Positions 63,960 through 64,000 of a DNA stretch of 64,000 nt are shown piece by piece. Made by a program: the position numbers and the translations under genes. Origin of the DNA: Bacteroidota bacterium. GTDB taxonomy: Bacteria; Bacteroidota; Bacteroidia; Chitinophagales; LD1. The first letter of the stretch is position 1. Each line of letters opens with the position of its first letter. The notes beneath the pieces were generated by a model that saw nothing but the letters and a program-made list of their open reading frames with translations, ran no database searches and was not told the DNA's origin. The stretch is from positions 13,824-77,823 of the forward strand of contig CANJLD010000006.1 of the NCBI GenBank assembly GCA_947475165.1, read 5' to 3'.

Positions 63960-64000
63960 ATGCTGACCAAACGCGTTATCCCCTGCTTATTGCTTTTAGA
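63960..64000 (+). CDS. HisF-type cyclase subunit paralog (WbuZ-like), 5' fragment truncated by the window edge
   Basis: The ATG immediately follows the hisH-like stop. MLTKRVIPCLLLL matches the conserved HisF/WbuZ N-terminus (R-[IV]-IPCL). Only 13 codons are visible. Confidence 0.55.
   Translation, partial: MLTKRVIPCLLLL

Overview
This 64-kb chromosomal window looks like a Bacteroidota (FCB group) genome. The evidence is SprB-repeat adhesins, type A and type B T9SS C-terminal domains, and PorP/SprF and PorV/PorQ-like genes. No rRNA, tRNA, CRISPR array, transposase or integrase was recognised.

Block 1 (1-21.3 kb and 24.8-33 kb) is about 45% G+C in the lines I counted. It mixes housekeeping genes (greA, a HIT protein, aspS, an MBL hydrolase, a cupin) with cell-surface and T9SS genes:
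- two giant SprB-repeat proteins, one followed by a PorP/SprF gene
- a cutinase/PETase-like hydrolase with a T9SS sorting domain
- an uncharacterised operon of a TonB-dependent receptor, a 1390-aa protein and a PorV-like barrel
- a large PD40/Omp85-like outer-membrane protein
- a beta-carbonic anhydrase gene carrying two lesions (pseudogene)

Block 2 (21.3-24.8 kb) is a small, compositionally aberrant island bounded by copies of one REP-like palindrome. It holds a nucleotidyltransferase plus small-ORF pair, a possible structured RNA and a GNAT gene. It also holds a 544-bp region of about 10-13% G+C with a helically phased CAGC-core motif array, next to an orphan gene that reaches about 60% G+C.

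Block 3 (33-64 kb, running off the right edge) is a low-GC (about 35%) surface-polysaccharide locus of at least 29 genes. It contains Wzm/Wzt ABC export, about 13 glycosyltransferases and two methyltransferases. It also has an aminotransferase/formyltransferase pair and a contiguous FemAB-like/deacetylase-like/GT/2-epimerase/WbpB/AsnB-like block. That block resembles the Wbp/Vim pathway that makes the T9SS cargo-linking sugar in Porphyromonas. Further right are a GtrB-like/GT-C-like pair and an unusual GATase-II::WbuX-like fusion next to HisH/HisF paralogs.

All functional calls rest on motif-level recognition by eye. No searches were run.
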